64,000 nt of DNA from an uncultured delta proteobacterium (GCA_963713045.1 CAVQKE010000001.1:64001-128000); one strand, 5' to 3'. Shown: positions 1 through 9,082, counted from the first letter of the stretch. The notes: a model not told the origin generated them from the letters alone. Program-made: numbers and translations.

Positions 1-281
1 AGCGCCACCACCTCGTTCGGCGCAATCCGGTAGCGCACCGTGGCGTCGAGGGTGATGGAGAGTCCGTTGTTGGCGATGACGTTGAGTTTCTCGTCATTGC
101 TCATTACACGAAGGTCATACACGTACATGTGGTTTTGAAACCAAACCCAGTATTCACCTTCTGCATAGGTTTCCTTTTGGGTCCCGCCGCCCGCTTTCCA
201 CAGGACGCCTGCTTGACCAGGTCCAACGGTGACGCAGGCGGAAGACAATGCAAAAATCAAGAACAGTGGGACTCGCTTCAT
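1..281 (-). CDS. SPFH/prohibitin (band 7) domain lipoprotein, 5' part only (runs off window)
   Basis: Manually translated, absent from ORF track: MKRVPLFLIFALSSACVTVGPGQAGVLWK...YVYDLR...LNVIANNGLSITLDATVRYRIAPNEVVAL. Lipobox LSSAC; ATGA overlap with stop of the 278-1132 gene. Confidence 0.85.
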   Translation of the reverse strand, partial: MKRVPLFLIFALSSACVTVGPGQAGVLWKAGGGTQKETYAEGEYWVWFQNHMYVYDLRVMSNDEKLNVIANNGLSITLDATVRYRIAPNEVVA

Positions 282-1132
282 GGCGACACCTCTACAATTG
301 CCGGAGCATCCTTCGCTTCGACGTTGACAGTTGTTGAAGGCGCCCGAAGCAGTCGGTCCCAGGCTCGTCGGCGCAAATCCTCCAGCGATTGACTGGAGAG
401 AGAGCTTCCCAGCGCCTCGAATTGTTGTTGAAGGCCGGCCCCTTCCTCACGACGTGCGTCGGCTGCCTTCTGGGCAATCTCGAGACGCCGCGGCTCAGCC
501 AGTAGCTCCTGTTGGAGGACCAGCGCCGCACCCACTTGCCCGAGCGCCAACGGAGACACGACTTGGAGCGTCCGCAGGTCCACCGATTCGAGCAGGACGT
601 GGTAGGGGCGCAGACGCGACGCGGCGCGCTCAATCACCTTAGCTTGAGCAGCCAGGATGTTCGCCGTATCCAGCTCATCCGAGTGGAGTCCGCCGATGTA
701 GAGGCGCACCGCGGCTTCGACTTCCGGTCGCACCATCACCTCTGCGTAGTTTGGGCCTACCTCGCGCGCCAGGGCGACGACTTCCTCGGGGGCGATGCGG
801 TAGGTCACGACCGAGGCGGAGGTGGTCGCTGGGCTTCCGTCGGCGGTAATGGCGTTGAAGCGAAGGGTCATTTCCTGCTGGCGAGTGCTGTACAAGGAGA
901 CCTCGCCAAACCAGGGAATGCCTGAGACCCCTTCGGGGAGGGGTTGGGAGACAACACCGGAGGGGGCCAGAACCACGGCTGCGTGGCCCGGAGGAACGCT
1001 GGCACAGGCCGCACTGAGGACCAGCGAACACGGCACCAGGGCGCGGGCCAGAATGCCGGACGCTGGACACCTTCGCGGCCGACCGACGGGGCTTCCACGC
1101 GAGAAAAGACTGCGGCATCTGAGGCTCATCAT
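278..1132 (-). CDS. SPFH/prohibitin domain lipoprotein
   Basis: LSAAC lipobox, VPPGHAAV, VVTYRIAPEEVVALAREVGPNYAEVMVRPEV, VLLESVDLR. RBS GAGGAGAGG upstream. Paralog of the downstream gene. Confidence 0.8.
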   Translation of the reverse strand: MMSLRCRSLFSRGSPVGRPRRCPASGILARALVPCSLVLSAACASVPPGHAAVVLAPSGVVSQPLPEGVSGIPWFGEVSLYSTRQQEMTLRFNAITADGSPATTSASVVTYRIAPEEVVALAREVGPNYAEVMVRPEVEAAVRLYIGGLHSDELDTANILAAQAKVIERAASRLRPYHVLLESVDLRTLQVVSPLALGQVGAALVLQQELLAEPRRLEIAQKAADARREEGAGLQQQFEALGSSLSSQSLEDLRRRAWDRLLRAPSTTVNVEAKDAPAIVEVSP

Positions 1133-1141
1133 AACCTCTCC

Positions 1142-1289
1142 TCATGCATGTCCTGGAAGCGCTCCGCTCGGGGCTGCCGGGACGTCCTCTTCCGCCCAAA
1201 CTTCCTTGCGCGCGAAAATCATAAACATCACCGGAACCAGGAAGAGTGAGAGCGCGGTCAATCGGGTTATTGAGCGCGAGGCGAGTCAC
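1142..1289 (-). pseudogene. RND efflux permease (AcrB/CzcA family) collapsed by a large internal deletion
   Basis: GTG at 1289 overlaps the MFP stop and encodes MTRLALNNPI (RND N-terminus). It is joined out of frame at ~1259 to TALSLFLVPVMFMIFARKEV...GHA* (last TM helix and C-terminus of an RND permease). Confidence 0.8.
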
Positions 1290-2530
1290 GGTGTTCGCTC
1301 GACTTCCGTTGCCGGTTTGGTGTTGAAACTGGGGCCGGGACTCGGTTCCGTCACTACCTCGACGGCGCCCACCTTCACCCGGTCCCCATCCTGCAAGAGG
1401 GACCTCCCCTCGAGCGCCACCAGCGTTCCCGGCTTGAGCGACGGGTCGAGGTAAAGCAAGCCCTCCCGCTCGCCAAGCAGCGGCACCACCCGCGCATGTG
1501 CCACATCGCCATCGACTTCAAAGAGGCTGACTTTGCCGCTGCGGACGGCGGCCGCCGCCAGCGGGACGGCGGATGCCGGCTGAGGCTGTCCGACGTCGAT
1601 GGTGAGCTCGGCGGTGGTTCCAGCTGGCAGAGAACGGGTGGGGTCAGGGACGTCGATTTCAAAATGCACCGTCCGCGTCGCCGGGTCGGCCGCCGGCGCA
1701 CGACGCGAAATCACCGCCGTATAATCCTGGTTGGTCGCCAGAAAGTGCATCTTCACGCGGCTTCCCGGCGCGACGACGGCGAAGTCAGTCTCCGGCGCCT
1801 CCGCCGTCACACGGATGGTGGAGCGGTCCACAAGCGAGACGATGGTTTCACCCGGACGGACGTAGGCCCCAGGGTCGACCTCCCGGGTCGCGACTTCTCC
1901 GTCGAAGGGCGCGAGCTGGATGCAGTCTCTGCTCTCCACCGAGCTTCGAGCCAGCTGAGCTTTCCCGGCCTGCAGTTGGGCTGCCTCGGACGAACTGGTG
2001 GCGATTTTCTGCTCGACCTCATTGACGGAGACGAAACCGCCGTCGAGCAACGCCTGGGTTCTGGCGGCTTCGTCGGCCAGCGCCTTCTGCCGCAGGTCGA
2101 TGGCTTCGGCCTGCATCTGCACCGCCCGCGTCGACGCGGTCGCATGCCGGCAGTCCAGCGTCGCCAGCACATCGCCCTTCTTCACCGCCGCACCGGGCCG
2201 CACCGTCACCGTCCAGACAAAGGCCGAGACAAGCTGCGGTCCGAGGCGCGCCATCACCCACGGCTCTAGGGCGCCGATGTAGGTGCGGAAAGGGCGAAAG
2301 TCCGTCCCCTTGGCCTTCACCACGGTGACTGGCTGGGCAGAACTGGCCAGTGTGACGTTGTTGACGCGGGAGTTCGCCCGCCAGAGGAGCCATCCCCCCA
2401 CCAGCAGGACGAAAGCGACGCCGAGCGAGAGGAGAAGTGGGACATTCCACGTCTTGGTCGCGGCGCCTTCGGCCGAGGTTCGGGCCGCCACCGTCGCTTG
2501 CGGTAGTTCGGCGGGAGCGTCTGGCTTCAC
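1286..2530 (-). CDS. RND efflux periplasmic adaptor (membrane fusion protein)
   Basis: N-terminal TM, VRPGAAVKKGDVLATL and APFDGEV lipoyl halves, DPATRT motif; downstream of TolC. Confidence 0.92.
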   Translation of the reverse strand: MKPDAPAELPQATVAARTSAEGAATKTWNVPLLLSLGVAFVLLVGGWLLWRANSRVNNVTLASSAQPVTVVKAKGTDFRPFRTYIGALEPWVMARLGPQLVSAFVWTVTVRPGAAVKKGDVLATLDCRHATASTRAVQMQAEAIDLRQKALADEAARTQALLDGGFVSVNEVEQKIATSSSEAAQLQAGKAQLARSSVESRDCIQLAPFDGEVATREVDPGAYVRPGETIVSLVDRSTIRVTAEAPETDFAVVAPGSRVKMHFLATNQDYTAVISRRAPAADPATRTVHFEIDVPDPTRSLPAGTTAELTIDVGQPQPASAVPLAAAAVRSGKVSLFEVDGDVAHARVVPLLGEREGLLYLDPSLKPGTLVALEGRSLLQDGDRVKVGAVEVVTEPSPGPSFNTKPATEVERTP

Positions 2531-4011
2531 AGTTCCTCCGCCACGGCTCGGCCAAAGGTGGCCCGCGAACGGGCCAGCTCAAACTCTCCAATGGCGAGGT
2601 CCGTTTGAGCCTCCACCCAGAGCGATGCCGCGTCCGCCAGGTCGGTGACACTTCCCAGTCCGGTGCGGAAGCGCGCATCCGCTTGCGCGTAGTTGGCCTG
2701 CGCTGCTTCGAGAGACTTGCGAATCCTGGGAAGCGCTTCGCGAGCGACCACCACGGAAACGTAAGCATTTTCGACTCTTGCCAACAGTTGCTGGCGGACG
2801 ATGCCTGCCTGCTCGCGGCGGACGGCCTCCACCTGCTGGGACGCCTTTGCTTTGGCCCAGAATGTGCCCTCGAAGATGGGCCAACTGAGGAGGATGCCAA
2901 CCTGCCAGTTTGGGACACTTGGAAGCCACCCGTCGCCGTTGGGAATCGGCGCGCTGCCAGAGGGCGTGGACCCGCCCGCCCGGCCGTTAATGGTCCCAAT
3001 CGCGAAGATATCGGGCCGAAGCTGAGCGAAAGCTGCTTTGGTCGCTTCCTCCTGCGCCTGAATTTGAGCCATCGCGGCTTGAAGGCCAGGCTCCTTCTGG
3101 AGCGCGTGCTGCAAGGCAACGTCCAGAGGCGGCAGGTCTGCTGGAGTCGGCGGTGTGTCAGCGATGTCCAGAGCGAGCGCGGGACTTCCCACGGCAGCGG
3201 CGAGGAGCGCCTGGGCGGTGCGCATGGCACCCCGGGCTCGAATGCGGGCCACGTCAAAGCGAGCTTGCTGCGCCTCGGTTCGGGTTCGGTCAATCGGCGG
3301 CCGCAGCCCTGAAACCACCCCAGCCTGGGCCATCTCAAACTGCAGCGCCCCCCGGGTGTAGGCCTCGTCGGTCGCTTTCAAAATTTGCTTCGCGCTGTAC
3401 ACCGCGAAGTACGCCTCTTCGACGCCCAACCTGACGTCGAGGGTTTGCGCCTCGGCGCTGCGTTGCTGGACAGCGACCAGTGCGTCAGCAGCCGCGATTT
3501 CCGAAGCAATGCGAAAAAAATCGAAAACTTCTTGCGTCACCCCCAACCCAGCAAAGGTAGACGGCTCGGGCGACCACTTGGCATTTTGGGCGTTGGTCGA
3601 AGTCGTCCCACCCACCCGCGGAGTCGGCGTCCATGCTTCGTTGAGGTAGGAGGCGGTGGTGTTGTTTGCCGTGCCGCCCAGCAGCTGCACCGTCAGGCCC
3701 ACCGTTGGAAGCCATTGCCCGCGTGGAATCTCCACCGCGGTCAACCGAGCGGCGACCTCCGCCAGGGCCGCCTTCACCGCTGGCTGGTTCTTGAGCGCGT
3801 AGTCGAGCGCATCCTTCAGCGTAATTTTTGCCGGCGACAGGAGTTCTCTGGCCAACGGCAAGTCGGCGGACGCAGCTGAAGCGGCGGACGGCGTCGGTGG
3901 GGTGGGTTGGGCCGCGGGCGGCATTGTTTGAGCGGATGCTTCGGTTTCCATCCAAACCAGCGCGAGAAGAACGGGCATCAGCCGAACCCACGCAAAGGAC
4001 ATACTTGGCAT
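2527..4011 (-). CDS. TolC family outer membrane efflux protein
   Basis: Signal peptide, ITLKDALDYALKNQP, two OEP repeats, ARFRTGLGSVTDL. Start uncertain (ATG 4011 or a later ATG), not 4635. Confidence 0.9.
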   Translation of the reverse strand: MPSMSFAWVRLMPVLLALVWMETEASAQTMPPAAQPTPPTPSAASAASADLPLARELLSPAKITLKDALDYALKNQPAVKAALAEVAARLTAVEIPRGQWLPTVGLTVQLLGGTANNTTASYLNEAWTPTPRVGGTTSTNAQNAKWSPEPSTFAGLGVTQEVFDFFRIASEIAAADALVAVQQRSAEAQTLDVRLGVEEAYFAVYSAKQILKATDEAYTRGALQFEMAQAGVVSGLRPPIDRTRTEAQQARFDVARIRARGAMRTAQALLAAAVGSPALALDIADTPPTPADLPPLDVALQHALQKEPGLQAAMAQIQAQEEATKAAFAQLRPDIFAIGTINGRAGGSTPSGSAPIPNGDGWLPSVPNWQVGILLSWPIFEGTFWAKAKASQQVEAVRREQAGIVRQQLLARVENAYVSVVVAREALPRIRKSLEAAQANYAQADARFRTGLGSVTDLADAASLWVEAQTDLAIGEFELARSRATFGRAVAEEL

Positions 4012-4028
4012 CGTCGGCACTCCTGTTG

Positions 4029-4044
4029 AGCAAGGTCTGGGCCA
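4029..4044 (-). promoter_or_regulatory. Putative sigma54 (-24/-12) promoter of the TolC-MFP-RND-SPFH operon
   Basis: Minus strand TGGCCCAGACCTTGCT = GG-N10-GC with TTGC; the divergent operon encodes a sigma54 EBP. Confidence 0.65.
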
Positions 4045-4087
4045 CTCGGACCATACTCGGGGTGTCGGGCCGAGACGGGCCCCGGAA

Positions 4088-4102
4088 GGGGAGATTTTCC
4101 CC
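4088..4102. promoter_or_regulatory. Palindromic putative EBP binding site
   Basis: GGGGAGATTTTCCCC, centred ~65 bp upstream of the -12 element; similar to 59118-59132. Confidence 0.4.
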
Positions 4103-4272
4103 ATGAAAGAGGAAGGATTCCCGCCAGCAACCAGTTTCTCAGGCCCGGTGGCTTTCCGCTTGCCTTTGCGCACGGTGGCATCCGCTTTGCTCGTCCCTCT
4201 GCTTCGATGCTGGCTGTTTTCCCCGCTGTCGGCCGTTCGGCGGCCCCACTGGTCCCCCCCAGGTTGGCAGCC

Positions 4273-5631
4273 ATGAAGCGCACCCGACTGCTGGTGGCGA
4301 TGGTGGTCGCGTTGGCGGCCGTGCTGGCGGTCGCCATCTGGGACGAGCGACGGGAAGCACGAGCGGCCTTGGAGGACTTCGGCGCTGAGCAAACCACCGT
4401 GGCCCGGAGTGCCGCCATCGCGCTGGTGGACCGCGTCCGTTCGCCAGATTGCCTCTTGGCCCAACGCCCCTGTCTTCAAGCGGCGCTGGCGGCGATTCGC
4501 GGTGTCGAGCAACCGGGTGCTGTGCGCGTCCTGGTCCGGGCCCCGGGTCAATCGCCTCTTTTGGACAGCAGCGGAGTCCCCGTCACGGCGCCGGCCCTCG
4601 ACGCCGCGCTCGCCGCTGGAACACCGTGGCTCCAACTGACGCGCGCAGAAGCGGCGGCCCTGGGGCTACCACGGCGGATGGCCTTGGCCGGCCTGTCGCG
4701 CCTCCCGGATGCCTTGCAACGCGACTGGTCGGTGGCGGTGGTGGCGACCGCACTCCGAGTGCGGGACCGCGAATCAAAGGCGCTCTGGAGGCTCCTTCTT
4801 GGGACCCTGGTTGCCTCGCTCCTGGTGGGAGGCTTCGGTGGCCTCGCCCTGCGAGAACAGCGGCGGGAACTCGAGTTGAAGCAAGTCCTCGCCGTACGGG
4901 AGGCCGTCCAGGTCCGGGACCGCCGGCTGGTGGAAGCAAACAAGCTGGCGACGCTGGGAGCCTTGGCCACCGGCGTCGCCCACGAGGTCTCGACTCCGCT
5001 CGGCGTCATCGTTGGCCGGGCGGAGCAGCTCCTTCCACGCTTGGAACCGATGTCGCGGTCCCATCGGGCCGCCTCCGCCATTCTCGAGCAGGCGGCCCGC
5101 ATCTCTCGCATCATCCGGGCGTTTCTCACCCTGGCGCGGGGAGGTGCGCCCTCTTTGAGTCAGGTCGCGCCATCCGCCCTGGCGCAAAGCGCGGTGGAGT
5201 TGGTGGAGCACCGGTTCCGGGAGGCGAGTGTCCAGCTTGCACACCGCCTCGAGCCAAACCTTTCTGCTGTCGTCTGCGACCCGGCGCTGTTTGAGCAAGT
5301 GCTCGTCAACCTGCTCCTCAACGCGTGCGACGCCTGCACTCCTGGTGGCACCGTCGAACTGCATGTGGAGCAGTCCGCGAGTCGCGTGGCTTTTGTGGTG
5401 GAGGATGACGGAACGGGCATTTCCGCTGAAGTCGCCGAGCGATGCCTTGAGCCTCTCTTCACCACCAAAGCCCCAGGCCAGGGCACCGGCCTCGGTTTGA
5501 CCATCGCCAGCGAAATTGTGAAGCACCACCACGGTACCCTCTCCTTCGAGTCGCGAGCCCCGTCTCGGGGCACCCGCGTCCGGGTCGAGATTCCAGCAGT
5601 CGCTGAGGTGCATCGTGACGCCACCGGATAA
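4273..5631 (+). CDS. Membrane sensor histidine kinase (NtrB-like)
   Basis: Two TMs, H-box VAHEVSTPL, N-box NLLLNACDA, DDGTG, FTTK, GTGLGL. Confidence 0.93.
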   Translation: MKRTRLLVAMVVALAAVLAVAIWDERREARAALEDFGAEQTTVARSAAIALVDRVRSPDCLLAQRPCLQAALAAIRGVEQPGAVRVLVRAPGQSPLLDSSGVPVTAPALDAALAAGTPWLQLTRAEAAALGLPRRMALAGLSRLPDALQRDWSVAVVATALRVRDRESKALWRLLLGTLVASLLVGGFGGLALREQRRELELKQVLAVREAVQVRDRRLVEANKLATLGALATGVAHEVSTPLGVIVGRAEQLLPRLEPMSRSHRAASAILEQAARISRIIRAFLTLARGGAPSLSQVAPSALAQSAVELVEHRFREASVQLAHRLEPNLSAVVCDPALFEQVLVNLLLNACDACTPGGTVELHVEQSASRVAFVVEDDGTGISAEVAERCLEPLFTTKAPGQGTGLGLTIASEIVKHHHGTLSFESRAPSRGTRVRVEIPAVAEVHRDATG

Positions 5632-7042
5632 GCGGACGCGCGTGTTGGTGGTCGATGATGACCTGGCTCTGGCCGAGACTTTGGCCGACGGCCTCGAGGA
5701 GCGCGGCTACGCTGCCATCCCCGAGGGCTCCAGCGCCGTCGCCGCCCGACGCCTGGAACAAGAGTTGGACGTCGCGGCACTGGTGACCGACTTGCGGATG
5801 CCAGGGCTGGATGGATTGGAATTGCTTGCGCTCTCGCGCCGCTTGGACCCAACGCGGCCGGTCATCATCACGACTGCCTTCAGCGCGGTGGCCACCGCGG
5901 TCGAATCCATCCGGCAGGGCGCCTACCACTACCTCACCAAGCCCTTCACCGTCGATGAACTGGCGCTCTTCCTGCGCCGAGCGCTGGAAGAGTCGAAACT
6001 GCGGACCGAAGCCGTTCTGCTGCGCCGAGCGCTGCGGGAGCGTTTCGCGCTGGCCAATCTGGTGGGCGCAAGCGCCTCGATGCGGGCCCTTTTCGACGTC
6101 ATGGAGCGCGTCGCGGACGCTGAAATCCCGGTGCTGCTCTCCGGGGAGACCGGCACCGGGAAAGGCCTGGTGGCCCGAGCACTGCATGCACTGGGACGCC
6201 GCGCCAGCGGGCCCTTCGTCACCGTCAACTGCGCGGCGCTGCCGGAACACTTGCTCGAGTCCGAACTATTTGGCCATGAGAAGGGTGCCTTTACCGGCGC
6301 CACCTCTCGGCGCATCGGGCTCTTCGAAGAGGCCCAAGGGGGAACCCTGTTCCTCGATGAAATCGGAGAAATCGACATCGCCCTTCAGGCCAAGCTTTTG
6401 GACGTGCTCGAAAGCGGGCAGGTGCGCTCGGTCGGAGCCAACAGACACCGGCCAATCGACGTCCGGGTGGTCGCGGCCAGCAACCGGAACCTTCGTCGGA
6501 TGGTGGCCGACCATCGGTTTCGAGAGGACTTGCTCTTCCGACTGGACGTCGTCCGCTTGGAACTGCCGCCCCTGCGAGACAGGCTCGAGGACTTGCCGAT
6601 GTTGGTGGAGCACTTCCTTCAGGCCGCGAAGTCACGCCATCCGCGGTCTCCCGTCCAGACGTTCTCGGCCGAGGCCTTCGCCCGGCTTGCCAAGCACGGC
6701 TGGCCGGGGAACGTTCGCGAATTGGAGAACGTCGTCGAACGCGCGGTACTCCTCGGCCGCGCCCCAGAGGTTCAGCCACAAGAATTGCAGCTCGAAGCCA
6801 GCCCAAGCGCCGAAGCGCACAGCCTTGAATTTCGCGGCCCCGTCCTTCCCCTTCGCCGACTCCAAAAGCTGTACGCCAGCTGGGCCTTGAAGCAACAGGG
6901 GGGGCGGCGCCTGGCAACCGCCGACTCCCTCGGCGTGGACCGAAAGACGCTCCACCGCCTTCTTGAGACTTCCGAGGATGAAGAGGGTGAGCGCCCGGCC
7001 GCCAATGGCTCCGGCGGCGAGGGGCAGGGTCCCGGCGGTTGA
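5615..7042 (+). CDS. Sigma54-dependent response regulator (NtrC/AtoC family)
   Basis: Receiver VVDDD...TDLRMP, Walker [31 protein letters not shown]-terminal HTH. Confidence 0.96.
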   Translation: MTPPDKRTRVLVVDDDLALAETLADGLEERGYAAIPEGSSAVAARRLEQELDVAALVTDLRMPGLDGLELLALSRRLDPTRPVIITTAFSAVATAVESIRQGAYHYLTKPFTVDELALFLRRALEESKLRTEAVLLRRALRERFALANLVGASASMRALFDVMERVADAEIPVLLSGETGTGKGLVARALHALGRRASGPFVTVNCAALPEHLLESELFGHEKGAFTGATSRRIGLFEEAQGGTLFLDEIGEIDIALQAKLLDVLESGQVRSVGANRHRPIDVRVVAASNRNLRRMVADHRFREDLLFRLDVVRLELPPLRDRLEDLPMLVEHFLQAAKSRHPRSPVQTFSAEAFARLAKHGWPGNVRELENVVERAVLLGRAPEVQPQELQLEASPSAEAHSLEFRGPVLPLRRLQKLYASWALKQQGGRRLATADSLGVDRKTLHRLLETSEDEEGERPAANGSGGEGQGPGG

Positions 7043-7086
7043 GGCCACTCCCAGGGGGCCCCGGCCCCAGTCATTTTCGTTCGGGA

Positions 7087-7439
7087 ATTGGCATAGGGGC
7101 TGACGGGTCGTCCGTCAGTCCGCTGCCACACCACCGGACATGCGGGTCCGCATCCGGCGGTTCGATGAGTTGAGGTTAGCTTGCAAGCCGTGGGACTCCC
7201 ATGCGTCGAAGTACGCTTTTGGCACTGTAGCGTGGACGCGCATCGCAGCGTTCGCCCACCAAATACCCGCGAAACTCCAACGGCCAAGGGCCAGCGACGT
7301 ATATCCGACTTCCTGTACGTCGGCTCGCAGCTCTAGCTCTTCGCTTCCTTCGGCGACGGCCTCACGGCAGGCGCCTTGCGATTCGCTCGGGGTCGCTTCG
7401 GCCTGCTTCCCCAGAGGACTTTCACCTCCAACCCTGCAC
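7087..7439 (-). mobile_element. Internally deleted class IIC group II intron remnant (~350 nt)
   Basis: 5' GTGCAG...GGTGAAAGTCC...CGCAAGG...GAAGGAAGCG (domain I-like). IEP C-terminal remnant WWANAAMRVHATVPKAYFD/MGVPRLAS*. Domain V GAACCGCCGGATGCGGACCCGCATGTCCGGTGGTGT and domain VI ending CCCTATGCCAAT. Located directly after an intrinsic terminator. Confidence 0.85.
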
Positions 7440-7480
7440 AAAAGAGAAGGGCGAGGCCCCGTGGAGGGAACCTCGCCCTT
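7440..7480 (-). terminator. Rho-independent terminator of the porin gene
   Basis: Stem AAGGGCGAGG/CCTCGCCCTT followed on the minus strand by CTCTTTT. Confidence 0.8.
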
Positions 7481-7514
7481 TCAACTTCGCTCTGAAGCGT
7501 GCTCTAGACCGACG

Positions 7515-8891
7515 CTAAATCTTCCACTCGAACTCGAGGGTGCCCGACCACTGATTGCCGTTGATGGGCACGCCTTCGCTGGCTACCGTCGCATTTCCGG
7601 CGTTGGTCTTGGTTTGGAAGGCCATGTCGAGGTTAATCATCGGGCAGTTGCCCACTGGGCCGCCTGGGAAGAACTTCAGGCCACCGTGGTACGTCTGGAG
7701 GGTCCCGACGCGTCCCGATGCTGGAAGCCAGCCGTTTCCGAACGCCTGGTAGGTCGACGTGACGTAGTCGTTGGACAGGTTGGACTGGTACCATTCCATG
7801 GCGAAGTACGGGTAAATCCAAGCGATTCGGATGCCAGCTGACCCGTAGTAACCGTTGCCAGCAGCGTTGATGAGGCCCAGGCCAGTGGCGTTTGCCGAGG
7901 AAACCGGAGCGCCGTTTCCGGAGTAGACGGTGCGCACCCAGCCCGCCTCGACGACAAATTCATTGTCACCAAAGGCATAGTCGAGGTGGAGGTCGGCGAA
8001 GTAGCCCTCGTAGCTGGCGGTCGAAAGCCCGCGCGCGGTCGCCGCAATGGCCCTCGGCTGGTAGTTGATGCCGCCGCCGATGCTGAAGTAGCTGTGCCCG
8101 TCGTAGGCGACGCCGCCGTTGTAGCCGTATCCCGGCTCGATGCCGATGAGGTTGATGCGGATGGCCCCGTCGTAGCTTGGCGAGTCGCCCGGATTCACGC
8201 CGGTGTAAGCCGGGTAGTTGACTGCAACCGCGGGCGTGGTGTTCGTCGTGAGACCCGAAGCCGTCGGGGTGCTCTTGCCAGCAATGCTTTGAACGCCATT
8301 GAAGACACCGATGCGGTAGTTGATGAAGGCCAGGTCGCCGGTGAAGACGAGGCCCAAGTCTCGGTCACGGCCATAGTAGCCACCTGGACGGCCGCGCTCG
8401 GTGGCATCCGTCTGTTCGTCCAATGCGGCAAACCGGGTAATGTCGGTCAGTGACTCGTGGACCCACGGGAGCAGCTGAAGGCCCGCCCAGAATTTGAATT
8501 CCTTGCAGACGTTCCAGTAGCCGAGCGCTTCGTTCATGACGATGGTCGGCGAGTTGAACCGGACGGAGTTCTGTTGCGTCACCGGGTTGGTGATGACGTC
8601 GCTCGCCGCAGCACCGGCTTGCGTATAGCTGACGTCGGTGTTGGCGATGATGCCGAAATGCGCGTTCACCTGACCGTTCACATAAAACCGCATCCGCCGG
8701 AAGAAGATGTCGTACGACGGGCCCGTATGGTCTGCAGAGCCGTTCTCGGTAATGCGGAGCCACGTCTGCACAATCGCACCGACGTCGACAAATCCGCCTT
8801 GGTCACCGATGGTGATTTTCGCAGCCTGGACCGGTGTGGCCAGCAGCACGAAAAGCACCGCCAGAAACGTCACCCCTGATTTCAGCTTCAT
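7515..8891 (-). CDS. Outer membrane porin (OprO/OprP- or ExtI-like)
   Basis: Signal peptide ending VQA, DIFFRRMRFYVNG, GRDRDLG, amphipathic beta strands, aromatic C-terminal strand; strong codon bias; RBS GAGGGG. Confidence 0.8.
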   Translation of the reverse strand: MKLKSGVTFLAVLFVLLATPVQAAKITIGDQGGFVDVGAIVQTWLRITENGSADHTGPSYDIFFRRMRFYVNGQVNAHFGIIANTDVSYTQAGAAASDVITNPVTQQNSVRFNSPTIVMNEALGYWNVCKEFKFWAGLQLLPWVHESLTDITRFAALDEQTDATERGRPGGYYGRDRDLGLVFTGDLAFINYRIGVFNGVQSIAGKSTPTASGLTTNTTPAVAVNYPAYTGVNPGDSPSYDGAIRINLIGIEPGYGYNGGVAYDGHSYFSIGGGINYQPRAIAATARGLSTASYEGYFADLHLDYAFGDNEFVVEAGWVRTVYSGNGAPVSSANATGLGLINAAGNGYYGSAGIRIAWIYPYFAMEWYQSNLSNDYVTSTYQAFGNGWLPASGRVGTLQTYHGGLKFFPGGPVGNCPMINLDMAFQTKTNAGNATVASEGVPINGNQWSGTLEFEWKI

Positions 8892-8976
8892 GCAATTCCC
8901 CTCTCCACGTGGACGCTGCAGCAATGGCCGTCAGCGGGAATCTCTCCGGCAGAGCACCAGCTTCGGCGCCCCTGTA

Positions 8977-8992
8977 CGCAAGGTGCGTTCCA
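8977..8992 (-). promoter_or_regulatory. Putative sigma54 promoter of the porin gene
   Basis: Minus strand TGGAACGCACCTTGCG = GG-N10-GC. Confidence 0.65.
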
Positions 8993-9050
8993 CTAGAGAC
9001 CGGAGCCAAGGTCAAGCGCTTAAATCAAAGGGGGATTTTCTTGCCGTGGT

Positions 9051-9082
9051 GATGGGTAACAGGGCGTTACCATCCGTAACGC
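9051..9082. promoter_or_regulatory. Overlapping GTAAC/GTTAC palindromes, putative upstream activator sites
   Basis: GATGGGTAACAGGGCGTTACCATCCGTAACGC, 60-90 bp upstream of the sigma54 motif. Confidence 0.45.

Noticed and set aside
675..1289. 204-aa ORF in the ORF track
   Set aside because: Only the first ten codons look real (RND N-terminus); the rest is out-of-frame read-through over the SPFH gene.
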